From the IMG/VR virus record IMGVR_UViG_3300049793_000366, positions 186,001 to 250,000 of that record: 64,000 nt of DNA; one strand, written 5' to 3'. Positions 35,609-44,985 of this stretch are shown here, one piece after another (within the stretch, counting starts at the first letter, position 1; each line of letters starts with the position of its first letter). The notes below the pieces were generated by a model. That model ran no database searches. It was given only the letters and a program-made list of their open reading frames with translations, and was not told the DNA's origin. Made by a program: the position numbers and the translations under genes.

Positions 35609-38320
35609 ATGGCAGTGACCCCATTATATAAAGCATTAAAGTCAAATGGTACATCATTCTATGCTTTTCCTGGTGCAGCAGAAGATATTTCAGCAGCATA
35701 TCAGAACGAAAATTATAGGATGTATTTCTCAAAATTTGTTCTTCTTAATTTCCCTAAACAGAATTTAAATCCAGGAACGATGTCAAACCCAGTACAATGG
35801 GATTTTGAGAATAGCTTTGTTAAGTCCAACTTATCGGTTGCTTCTGACTACGCTGACCAGTTAGTTGAATCTCTTAGAAACTACGTTGCTAACCATGAGG
35901 TTACAATCAGAGATTCGAAGTTAAATAATACTGAATTTTTCTATGATAATAATCAATTATCAACAACGACTGAGAAGATTTTTTGGAAATGGTGTACTAA
36001 ATTAAATGTACTTGACTTAGAAAGAGCAGTACCAGGTGATGAGTACTTTGATAATTTACAAGAATTTGAAGCTAATAATATTGCGGATGATACATACTTC
36101 CCTGAGATACTATGGCGCGAGAGAGAGGTTATTGATTTTAGACCAGTTTATTTTTATCAAACTGGATATGGTACTTATTCATTAGGTCAGTTTTTAGAGA
36201 TTGAGTTTCAAGGTTCTACTAACTTTAGAGATGGTGATAAAATAGTATTTAGTGATATTTCAAACTCATCTCTTATTGTAGATGGTGTTTATGATGGATT
36301 CCAAGTTGATATTTTAAAAGTACTTCCAGCAGGTGCTACCGCTGGTGATAAAATAATTGTTGATTTAGTTTATACATCATCAACTGAGATTGAAACGATT
36401 GGTACTGCTAAGATAGTTTATAGTAGATTAGTTCAGTATATCGGTGAAGTAAATGGTATAAATAACGTACAAGAAGCTAATCGCTCTTATACAGAGGTTT
36501 ATGCTCACATCCCGGATCACACTGGTAAAACACCGGATATTTTATTTAGAACAAAAGTTGATGTTAACTATAAGCCGAATATGATTTATCCGATATTACC
36601 ATCTCAATTTCAACCTGAGATTATCGGAGCAGAAAACTTCAACTCTCCTATTGTTAATACGCCACAGAATTATCCAGGTGACTTCTACGGTCAGTTTGAT
36701 ACAGATGATTTCACATATGAAACATCTTCTGGTGACTCTCTTAGAAGAAGCGGTGATTACTTTGGTGTACAGGGTGATTTAAATGCGCCTATTTATAGCC
36801 CATCTACTTTAGATGGTTTATGTGTTGACTTTGATAGAACACATTACGTTAAGATGAATGTTATTGACAGAGAACTTAATACGTTCGATGAATTCAATGC
36901 TCTTAGTGTAAATGGTCAACCACCAGAAGATTTCGAATTTAATGCTATTCTTTGGTACTACACTGTTGAAGATGCTGTTAAGGGTGGTATTACTACAAAT
37001 ATGTATGGTATTACATTCTTAAATCATCCTAAACAAAATGTTGCTTATGAAGATGATAAACCATTAGTTAGAATAAAGTTACCTTCTTACAAGAAGTTAG
37101 TTGCTAATGATGGACAAGATGGTACATCATACGCATTCAGTTTGAATTTGAACTTCAATATCATAAATGATAATCCACAAGATACGTATAATCCGACTGC
37201 TATAAATTCGTTATTTAGTATGAATTTATTCAACGAGGCTATGAAGAGATTGGCTGAGTCTAATGATTCATTCATGAAGCTTAATGCTAATTATACTGGT
37301 GTAGTTGAGGATATTGATGGTTTAAGAGGTTTGTTATATACACAAACTGATTTTGCTACAATCAATTCGAGAATGTCTTTCTTAGAATCTCTATTGAATG
37401 CTTATCAATCAATGCAGTTACAAAGCTCTGATACTATTGAGGTTCAAACGAATTTATCAACATCACCGCCTTTGGTTCAGTTGATGTCTAAGGATGCAAC
37501 TTACTATAAAATTGAAAAAGTTAATACAACTGATTTATATAATACATCAGGTATAATACCTTTAAATATCAATGTACCAACTAATAAGAATTTCTTAGTT
37601 AATATTATTAACAATGACCAAACACAATTCACACTTGCGTCAAACACAAGATTAACAGTTGTTTTGGATAGAGATTTAGATTATAGACAATCAGTTGATA
37701 TCGTTATTACTGCTGATGACTTCGCAACACAAAATAAAGAATTGGATATTTATATCAAGTTTTATGATGGTTCACCAAACGGCTTACCTGTTGAGACACC
37801 ATTGATTACTAAAGTTAATTTACCAGTTTTCTATAACCAGTCTACTCAAGATTTATCAATTTCTAAGAAGTGGGACCAGACTATAATTTACCCAGTATTG
37901 GATGATGTAGCAAGACCTATATTAATCAATTCTGATGTAACTATGGATATTCCAGTATCGGTTGCTAACCTATCTAATATGGTTAAAGCTGGTGATACAT
38001 TCTTGGTTAATAATTTAATTATTGATCCGATTTCACCGACTGATTATTCTGGACAATATGTGGTTAAGGCTGTGTCATCAACTATGTCAACATCTACAAT
38101 TAAATTAGATATTTCTGATAAAGTTGAATTGGTTCAGTATGGTATATCAACATCTCAAATTACTGGTTATCCAGTTGAGATACATGGTACATCATCAGCA
38201 TTAGCTTCTATGCCTTCTCTTACTTTCAATAAAGGAGTTAAGTATAGAGTTACGAGAGTTGACCAATTTGATGCGTCTTCTTTATCGGCTCGTTATTTAA
38301 TTGAGAAGATTCTAAACTAA
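35609..38320 (+). CDS. Large putative virion structural protein (baseplate/tail)
   Basis: 903 aa, beta-rich, late motif upstream; no enzymatic motifs recognised. Confidence 0.55.
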   Translation: MAVTPLYKALKSNGTSFYAFPGAAEDISAAYQNENYRMYFSKFVLLNFPKQNLNPGTMSNPVQWDFENSFVKSNLSVASDYADQLVESLRNYVANHEVTIRDSKLNNTEFFYDNNQLSTTTEKIFWKWCTKLNVLDLERAVPGDEYFDNLQEFEANNIADDTYFPEILWREREVIDFRPVYFYQTGYGTYSLGQFLEIEFQGSTNFRDGDKIVFSDISNSSLIVDGVYDGFQVDILKVLPAGATAGDKIIVDLVYTSSTEIETIGTAKIVYSRLVQYIGEVNGINNVQEANRSYTEVYAHIPDHTGKTPDILFRTKVDVNYKPNMIYPILPSQFQPEIIGAENFNSPIVNTPQNYPGDFYGQFDTDDFTYETSSGDSLRRSGDYFGVQGDLNAPIYSPSTLDGLCVDFDRTHYVKMNVIDRELNTFDEFNALSVNGQPPEDFEFNAILWYYTVEDAVKGGITTNMYGITFLNHPKQNVAYEDDKPLVRIKLPSYKKLVANDGQDGTSYAFSLNLNFNIINDNPQDTYNPTAINSLFSMNLFNEAMKRLAESNDSFMKLNANYTGVVEDIDGLRGLLYTQTDFATINSRMSFLESLLNAYQSMQLQSSDTIEVQTNLSTSPPLVQLMSKDATYYKIEKVNTTDLYNTSGIIPLNINVPTNKNFLVNIINNDQTQFTLASNTRLTVVLDRDLDYRQSVDIVITADDFATQNKELDIYIKFYDGSPNGLPVETPLITKVNLPVFYNQSTQDLSISKKWDQTIIYPVLDDVARPILINSDVTMDIPVSVANLSNMVKAGDTFLVNNLIIDPISPTDYSGQYVVKAVSSTMSTSTIKLDISDKVELVQYGISTSQITGYPVEIHGTSSALASMPSLTFNKGVKYRVTRVDQFDASSLSARYLIEKILN

Positions 38321-38368
38321 TACGATTAAAATTAGTATTTATATAATAAATTTATTATATTTGTCCTA

Positions 38369-38764
38369 ATGTTATATATCATATTAGTTATAATTTTTGT
38401 CCGTTCGGCATATGTTCTTTATCAGAATTATCGATTTGATAAATTCACTAAGAACGTCAGCGAATTTTTAATTGGTCAGAATTTACATCTTATGCCAAAT
38501 TTATGGAATTCCAAATCTATGAGAATGGATGAGCTTCCATTGCCAAAATTATCAATAGATAATATAAATCTGTGTGATATCATAGTTAAACCAATAGTAT
38601 CGGAAAAAACCAATACAGTAGAAGCGTATATTTTTACTTGGTCTAAGAAACTTACCAACTTTGATATACTTATGGGCTATAACATGACTCATAAGAAGAT
38701 AGATAGTATAAAACTCGATAAGGGAGAAATTCGAGATAAAAACATTGATAGATTACTGCAATGA
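38369..38764 (+). CDS. Hypothetical membrane-anchored protein with C-terminal RD tag
   Basis: N-terminal TM; ends EIRDKNIDRLLQ. Confidence 0.6.
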   Translation: MLYIILVIIFVRSAYVLYQNYRFDKFTKNVSEFLIGQNLHLMPNLWNSKSMRMDELPLPKLSIDNINLCDIIVKPIVSEKTNTVEAYIFTWSKKLTNFDILMGYNMTHKKIDSIKLDKGEIRDKNIDRLLQ

Positions 38765-39225
38765 TAACATTAATAGCCGCTTGTTCAAAAAATAGAGTTA
38801 TAGGGAAAGATAACAAGCTCATATGGCACATCCCAGACGATTTAAAGAGGTTTAAGAAGCTTACAGGTGGTAATCCTATATTGATGGGTAGAAAGACTTT
38901 TGAGTCTATTGGAAGAGCTTTACCGAACAGAGTTAATATCATATTAACGAGAGACAAAACATTTACGGCACCTGGTTGTCTAATCTATAATAACTTAGAA
39001 GAAGTCATAGCATTATATCGCTCAAATCTTTGGGTTATAGGTGGTTCTGAAATATACAGTCAATTACTATCATATGCTGATTGCGTTGAATTAACCTTAT
39101 TGGATAAAGAGTTTGAGGGTGATTCTTATTTTCCTGAATTACCAAGTGTTTGGAAAATAGATTCTAAAGAAGACTATTCACACGAAGGTCTTGATTACTC
39201 ATACATCACGTATAGAAAGTCTTAA
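38761..39225 (+). CDS. folA: Dihydrofolate reductase
   Basis: IAA..KNRVIG..NKLIWHIPDDLKRFK, ILMGRKTFESIG.ALPNR.N, VIGGSEIY, GDSYFP. Confidence 0.97.
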   Translation: MITLIAACSKNRVIGKDNKLIWHIPDDLKRFKKLTGGNPILMGRKTFESIGRALPNRVNIILTRDKTFTAPGCLIYNNLEEVIALYRSNLWVIGGSEIYSQLLSYADCVELTLLDKEFEGDSYFPELPSVWKIDSKEDYSHEGLDYSYITYRKS

Positions 39226-39821
39226 AGTCTCTGGATGATTGTTGGCACAGTTCCTAATTGAAGTAATTTATTACCAGTTACCATGTATTCAACATCGATA
39301 AAGTCATAGATAAAAGTACACGTAAATTCCTTTGATTGTATTCTTTGATTAGAATAGCTAAAGTTATTCTCAGATATAGCCTTGAATATAATGTCTTTAA
39401 ATTTAACTTGATAAATAGCATCGCGGTGTATATCTAAACAAGTCAGTATAAATGGTGCTACATATTCGTGGTCTGTATCTAAGTAATGTTTTGCAAAGAT
39501 ATCAAGTAACACAACATAGTTTAAATCAGAATCAACACTTCTGAATGTAATAGTTAACTCATTGCTCGATACGATATCGTTTATGTTTGTCGTTGGTTTG
39601 TAATGTATTTTCTTACCACGTTTTACTCTCTGCTCAGGTGTTTCAATAGAAAATCCAGGAAAGTTTATTCCTTTTATAGTTGAGTTTAAATAGTCAATTA
39701 CGTTTTCATATTGTACATAATTCTTCGCCAAAATAGGCGTGAATTCTTTAAGAGACTCACCTGGTAGAAAGTCACTTGGTAGATTATAAACGAACTGTGA
39801 TGATTGCGAACTAATTCTCAT
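39222..39821 (-). CDS. Tail-tube terminator / gp3-like tube-fold protein
   Basis: I.FPG..I...LTITFRSVDS.LNY...L..LD...F.D.....IS...F....F..TF.Y pattern of T4 gp3/gp19-fold proteins. Confidence 0.55.
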   Translation of the reverse strand: MRISSQSSQFVYNLPSDFLPGESLKEFTPILAKNYVQYENVIDYLNSTIKGINFPGFSIETPEQRVKRGKKIHYKPTTNINDIVSSNELTITFRSVDSDLNYVVLLDIFAKHYLDTDHEYVAPFILTCLDIHRDAIYQVKFKDIIFKAISENNFSYSNQRIQSKEFTCTFIYDFIDVEYMVTGNKLLQLGTVPTIIQRL

Positions 39822-39823
39822 GT

Positions 39824-41731
39824 TTATCCTCCGTTATTTCCTGGTTTAACTGGTGTACCCGGTTTCAATGTTACCTTACGAGTGATGATTGCCGTTTCTT
39901 TATTCTTAGATGGATCATCAATAATAGAAGGTACTGTATTAGGAGTAATGGCATCAGTTAATGCTATTGTATTAAGTGCAGATACATTTGAAGCTGAATC
40001 GTATAGTAAGTAAGTTCCGCTATAAATAACAGTCGTTACATTGTTTGCTGTTGCTGTGATATAGAATACGTTAATACCTGATTCGTATATTCTTCTTACA
40101 TCGTTTATCTTACTCTTAGTTAATTTGAATATAACTACACCTCTCTCCAAATCAACTTGATTTGTTTCTAAGTATAATGAAGACTCTACTGCTATTTGTG
40201 TATTCTTGATAACCAATTTAACATCACCGTTGTTGATTAAATTCATCAGTGTTATTTGATTGTTTTCAATTTGAGATGCAAGTTTAAATAATATAACGTT
40301 ATCGAATGGATATACTAATATTTGTAATTTACCATTACCATACCACACATCTTTCTTAACCTTAACTGAATCAGATTTACCAATTACGTTAAATCTATCA
40401 ACCATTACAGGGAATGGTACTTTAATTTGCTCAATGACAACATTTCCACTTCCGTTACCATTGCCGCCATTTCCATTACCACCATTTCCATTACCACCAT
40501 TTCCATTACCGCTACCATCATCACCAAACCCAGATTTACTTCTGTTTTTAGAATCACCTCTTAATCTGTTTTGTAAATCAGCTAAGTCACCTACTGCATT
40601 TTTAAATGAGTAAATCTTAGGCTTATTAGCATCTTCTAAATTAATTTTAGTTAAGTTAAGTGAGTATTTAGCAACTTCATCTTGTAACATACCATAAGAT
40701 GCTCGTCTCAATATTTGAGTACCATCTACTTGGTCAATTAATCTCATTTCAACGTCTATAATAGCTGTCGTTGTTGAGAATTTTATAATAGGTCTGAATT
40801 CAATCTTTTCGTTGAAATTATCGTACTGTATAAAGTGAAAAGTTTTACCTTTGATATTTTGTTCAAACATAGTAACTACGTATTCGGCATAGTATCTGTT
40901 ACCTAAGGTGAAAGAGTTATCAATGAATTGTTTGAACTCACCAGCACTATCATTGTACATACCATATATCTCAAAGAAATCACCTTGTGTTGATTCTTCG
41001 ATTTTTACACCAAGTCTTTCGAATTCTGGTGTTTGTGGTGTTGATACTGATACTTTAGGACCAAGTAAATAAGTTTTAACTTTATTAATGGTCTGTGTAG
41101 TATTGATAAATTGAAAATCTATAAAAATAGGTGCTGATAAGCTTAATCCAAAATTATTAGTTAAGTTAGCATTTACTGAATTTACCTTAGGTTTATTGTT
41201 CTCTCTTTGATTAGAAATAGCATTAGCAGAAGGTACGTTAAATGTTAAGTATTTACCCCATAGTTTCTCTTGAAAGAATAATGGTGGTGCTGAGAAGTCA
41301 AGTAATGTAGTAGTTCCGGCATCAGTGAAATCAAAGAAAAATTTACTTAAATAGAATGGCTTTTTATTGTCAAAGTCATATGTGAATAATTCTACGTGAA
41401 ATCCTATATGTTCTCCAAATGTATAGTTTGTTGGGAAGTGAAGTTTTACTGTGTCGTATTTAATTGGAAATCCGCCAGCAAAGTCTTTTAATTGTAAAAA
41501 GTTATAATTATCTACATCGACTAAGCCAAATTTATTTGTTACAGAGTCTAACTGAAATAACTGATTTATGCGTGTATTTTTAGTACCTGATGTATCACCA
41601 GATAGAAAAGTCCATTCATTTTTCTGGATATCAACCAGTAATTTATATGGCTCTCCGATAAGGTTATTATCATCATAGATATACTCAAGTAATACATCCC
41701 TATCAACTTTAATAAATTTGGAAATTCTCAT
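39824..41731 (-). CDS. Putative virion structural protein with Gly/Asn linker
   Basis: 635 aa; GNGGN repeats; adjacent to the gp3-like gene. Confidence 0.55.
   Translation of the reverse strand: MRISKFIKVDRDVLLEYIYDDNNLIGEPYKLLVDIQKNEWTFLSGDTSGTKNTRINQLFQLDSVTNKFGLVDVDNYNFLQLKDFAGGFPIKYDTVKLHFPTNYTFGEHIGFHVELFTYDFDNKKPFYLSKFFFDFTDAGTTTLLDFSAPPLFFQEKLWGKYLTFNVPSANAISNQRENNKPKVNSVNANLTNNFGLSLSAPIFIDFQFINTTQTINKVKTYLLGPKVSVSTPQTPEFERLGVKIEESTQGDFFEIYGMYNDSAGEFKQFIDNSFTLGNRYYAEYVVTMFEQNIKGKTFHFIQYDNFNEKIEFRPIIKFSTTTAIIDVEMRLIDQVDGTQILRRASYGMLQDEVAKYSLNLTKINLEDANKPKIYSFKNAVGDLADLQNRLRGDSKNRSKSGFGDDGSGNGNGGNGNGGNGNGGNGNGSGNVVIEQIKVPFPVMVDRFNVIGKSDSVKVKKDVWYGNGKLQILVYPFDNVILFKLASQIENNQITLMNLINNGDVKLVIKNTQIAVESSLYLETNQVDLERGVVIFKLTKSKINDVRRIYESGINVFYITATANNVTTVIYSGTYLLYDSASNVSALNTIALTDAITPNTVPSIIDDPSKNKETAIITRKVTLKPGTPVKPGNNGG
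40450..40516 (-). repeat. 15-bp tandem repeat encoding (GNGGN)n
   Basis: ccatttccattacca unit about three times plus degenerate flanking copies. Confidence 0.8.
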
Positions 41732-41761
41732 TTAGAAATACTAACTTTTAAGCATATATAT

Positions 41762-41793
41762 AAAAAAAATGCCTGTTGATATTCAACAGGCAT
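41762..41793 (-). terminator. Rho-independent terminator
   Basis: atgcctgttga-tat-tcaacaggcat hairpin with an A-run on the + strand (T-tract on -). Confidence 0.75.
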
Positions 41794-41814
41794 CCTTAAT
41801 GTTAGTATTATTTA

Positions 41815-42153
41815 CTATTCTGAAAATAATCCAGCTTCTTTTAGTGATAGAAACAGCGAATCTATACTATCGTTTATCTTGGTTGCAACCACATCGGGTA
41901 CCCCAGACGCACTACCAGCCTTGGTTTGTTCTGGTTTATAATAAAGTGAATTGATTCTTTCTGTTATTAAATTGCGTAAATCATCGCGCAAATTTATTTC
42001 ATCCTCGTAATATATTTTATTAGCCATTTCGCAAATATCTTTCAAAGCATCGTCTGGTGTTTTAGATGTATCAGATAGCATACCAATTGCGGCTACTATT
42101 AATTTACCTTCTACACTGGAGGTGTTTATTTTATTAAAATCTATATTAATCAT
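41815..42153 (-). CDS. Hypothetical protein (start revised to ATG 42153)
   Basis: ATGA overlap with the upstream gene stop at 42150-42152. Confidence 0.6.
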   Translation of the reverse strand: MINIDFNKINTSSVEGKLIVAAIGMLSDTSKTPDDALKDICEMANKIYYEDEINLRDDLRNLITERINSLYYKPEQTKAGSASGVPDVVATKINDSIDSLFLSLKEAGLFSE

Positions 42154-42524
42154 GATAAACTGCTTTGTATTTCTTTTATTAACTCTTCTTCTGAAGCATC
42201 GGGGTATCTCATTTTGATTTGCTCCCAAAGAGCTTCCTCTTCTTTCTTCAACCCTTCTATCTTTTTATTGATAGGGTCAACAACTTTAAAGATTTTTTGC
42301 TGTTCTTCTTCAACTGCACTTAACTTATCAAAAAGCTCTTGTTCAGCACTTTCTTTAGTCTTGTTGTGTAAGTTTTTATTAAAGCTCTCTAAATCGCTTA
42401 TAGCGTTGGTAAATACATCAGACATAGCTTTAAGTCTTTCTAAATAGAAGTCTAATGGTTTCATTAGTTCTAAATAATCCTTGCGGATTCTCTTAGCAGA
42501 ATCTATATAAATTTTATCAATCAT
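42150..42524 (-). CDS. Hypothetical coiled-coil protein
   Basis: 124 aa helical ORF. Confidence 0.6.
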   Translation of the reverse strand: MIDKIYIDSAKRIRKDYLELMKPLDFYLERLKAMSDVFTNAISDLESFNKNLHNKTKESAEQELFDKLSAVEEEQQKIFKVVDPINKKIEGLKKEEEALWEQIKMRYPDASEEELIKEIQSSLS

Positions 42525-43549
42525 TATGATTCCTGTATTTTTTTACGACCTTTCTTTTCAGTCTTAACTTCTTCTACTTTCTCTTCCACCTTTATCTCAG
42601 TAGCCTTTGTCATTTTATTTTCAACTTTGGCTTTAACTTTCTTAGCAGGTGCTTTTTTAACAACCTTTTCAACCTTCTTTTCTTCACCATATACAGACTT
42701 TCTTAGTTGTGTGATAATTTGGTCTTTTATGTATTGTGGATTGGATAATAGAGCATTTGTAAATTCATCTGCTAAAAATTCAATAATAGAAGCTTCGTAT
42801 GAATCTTCCCACATTGAGATGAAGTCAGGTCTTGGTATTTTGTTATCGAGTTCAAGTTTTACTTTAAAATCGGTATTTCTTTTGATTCCTTTGAACATCT
42901 GTGTTTGTGGATTTTGAGTTTGTTGAGTTTGCTGAGTTTGAGTTTCTACTCTTGTTGTAGTCGTAGTTGTTACATTTGAATTTGATTGAACTGTATTTTC
43001 AACTTCTTCTTCACCTATAAAAACTCTTGTTACTGGAGCGTCATCTTGTGCAGTGGCTACTGGAGATGGTATTCTAACTTGTGCTTCATCATCTAATAAG
43101 TCTTTCAGCTTTTCAGCTTGTGACATCACGGCAGTTGCGTTTGTATTGCCGCTATATTTTGAAAGTAATTGTCTTTTCTCTTCTTCCGGATCTTCGTGAT
43201 ATACTGGTACTTCTTCTTTGTTACCGTAGAATTGGTCACCATATGGATTCACAGGTGTATTTGTGTACACACCAGTTTCTACTACTGAGGTTTTACTCTC
43301 ATTTGTATCTCTTATGTGAGAGTCTGGTATAGATTTAATTCTATCAATGAAACTATTATAAACCGTAGCATCTCTGTTAAAGAAAGATGATGGGTCAATA
43401 TTTTCGGTATAGTAAGACGCATCATTAAGTCTTTTTAATGATACTCTTTGACCATTGTCTAATGCGACAACTTCAGAATCAATTTGTTCAGTTATTCTAA
43501 CTGTTGATCCGTCAAGATTTGATGTGAATGTTTTGTTAACGTAGCTCAT
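42524..43549 (-). CDS. Hypothetical protein with low-complexity T/Q and K/E tracts
   Basis: 341 aa ORF. Confidence 0.6.
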   Translation of the reverse strand: MSYVNKTFTSNLDGSTVRITEQIDSEVVALDNGQRVSLKRLNDASYYTENIDPSSFFNRDATVYNSFIDRIKSIPDSHIRDTNESKTSVVETGVYTNTPVNPYGDQFYGNKEEVPVYHEDPEEEKRQLLSKYSGNTNATAVMSQAEKLKDLLDDEAQVRIPSPVATAQDDAPVTRVFIGEEEVENTVQSNSNVTTTTTTRVETQTQQTQQTQNPQTQMFKGIKRNTDFKVKLELDNKIPRPDFISMWEDSYEASIIEFLADEFTNALLSNPQYIKDQIITQLRKSVYGEEKKVEKVVKKAPAKKVKAKVENKMTKATEIKVEEKVEEVKTEKKGRKKIQES

Positions 43550-43572
43550 TTTTTAAATTCTTTTTTATATAG

Positions 43573-43605
43573 AAAAGCACCTTATATATTGATAAGGTGC
43601 TTTTT
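43573..43605. terminator. Rho-independent terminator downstream of the SSB gene
   Basis: aaaagcaccttat-atattg-ataaggtgcttttt. Confidence 0.8.
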
Positions 43606-43628
43606 CCATAAAAAACTAAATCACATTA

Positions 43629-44597
43629 TTAAACATCGAAGAAATCGTCCTCATCCGTTACAGATGTAGTAGATGCCTGCTTTGAAGTTGCGTTTTCGTT
43701 AAAATCAAAGTCTTCTGTTGAAGCGACATTTTCAGTTTTAGTAGTTGTGTTTGAAGAAGTAAAGTTAGCTGAACTTTTTCCTGTTAAGAATGCGATAATA
43801 TCATTGATTTTACCATGTTCTTCGTCAGATAATTTCTTAGCTGAAAATTCTTCTAAATCATGCTCTCTCTCAAGAAGTGCTTTCTTAATAACTTCATGAT
43901 ACTTAGGCTCGATTTTCGCATCAGCACCAACTGGTACAGCTTTGAACTGTCCGTCTTTGTAAATTTGTACTGGTGTTGTTTGGCTTGCGAACTGTGACAT
44001 TTTATAGTCAGGGTAAGTTTCACCACCTGTTTCGATTTCTTTTACGTAAAGAATGAAATCTTTACCAGCCGAAAGGTCGAATACGTTGCAAGGAGATCCA
44101 GTGATTTCACCTGATTTCTCAGCAGCGATTTTGTCTTTAATAGTTTTACCGTATTGGTAAATCATAATTTTTCCTACTGTTTCTGGTTGATTTTCATCTT
44201 CCAATACAAGAACGTATGAGTAATACTTCTTAGAGTAGTTAAGACATTTTGCTTTTTCTTGAAGCATCGCGTTCTTAGAGTTCGCCATTGAATAGTACAA
44301 CTCAGTAAGTGGACACTTCTCGTTAAAGTTTTTTGGACTATCAAACCATCCGCTAAGTTCTTTAGGGTTTTTGATATTCACATAATGTGTAATTTTTTCA
44401 AGAGCTAATTGCCCAAGAGTTCCCGATTTTGTAAGGTTAGGTAGAAATCTTACTTTCGCTCTATATCCTTTTTTCTTGTCCTTACACTTGGACATATCGA
44501 TTCTGTAAATGCCGTCTGCACTCACTTGTTTTTTTTCCTCTAAGAAGTTCATCTTGGAGTCCAAATTGCCGAATAAATCATCATTCATTTCTGCCAT
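43629..44597 (-). CDS. T4 gp32-like single-stranded DNA-binding protein
   Basis: VRFLPN...CP....Y...K..YYSYVLV.ED...P...GKI.IY.YGK.I.DKI...VFDL..G.DF....YD.S.F; acidic tail EDDFFDV. Confidence 0.9.
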   Translation of the reverse strand: MAEMNDDLFGNLDSKMNFLEEKKQVSADGIYRIDMSKCKDKKKGYRAKVRFLPNLTKSGTLGQLALEKITHYVNIKNPKELSGWFDSPKNFNEKCPLTELYYSMANSKNAMLQEKAKCLNYSKKYYSYVLVLEDENQPETVGKIMIYQYGKTIKDKIAAEKSGEITGSPCNVFDLSAGKDFILYVKEIETGGETYPDYKMSQFASQTTPVQIYKDGQFKAVPVGADAKIEPKYHEVIKKALLEREHDLEEFSAKKLSDEEHGKINDIIAFLTGKSSANFTSSNTTTKTENVASTEDFDFNENATSKQASTTSVTDEDDFFDV

Positions 44598-44682
44598 AAT
44601 TGCCGTTTATTTTTTGTTTGTCTCTTGTGTTATCAAGAGATTAGTAATTATATTAAAATGTTTAAACTTTGTTTATAACTAT

Positions 44683-44985
44683 TTAAGATTTTTTTTGATT
44701 ATTTCGGACAATAGTATTATATTCCCTTACACGTTTGCATCTAACGGTAAATTCTTTTTCATAATACGCTTCTCCATAATCAATTATTATTTTCATAAAT
44801 ACAGCCATAGCGGTTCTTGAATATCCACCATCAACTGAAACATCATAAATATTTTGCATTTGACCACGAAGCCAAGAAGTCATTTCTCTGCTGTCTTTAA
44901 AAAAGATGGCATAGGGCATTAGGTTAGCTACTGCCGCTCCTGCTTCATCATCGTAATATCCAAAATTAAATACACATAATATCAT
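44683..44985 (-). CDS. Hypothetical protein
   Basis: 100 aa ORF coupled to the upstream gene. Confidence 0.55.
   Translation of the reverse strand: MILCVFNFGYYDDEAGAAVANLMPYAIFFKDSREMTSWLRGQMQNIYDVSVDGGYSRTAMAVFMKIIIDYGEAYYEKEFTVRCKRVREYNTIVRNNQKKS

Noticed and set aside
9014-38764. C-terminal tag as a DNA-level repeat or recombination cassette
   Set aside because: The underlying nucleotide sequences use different synonymous codons and share no extended identity.
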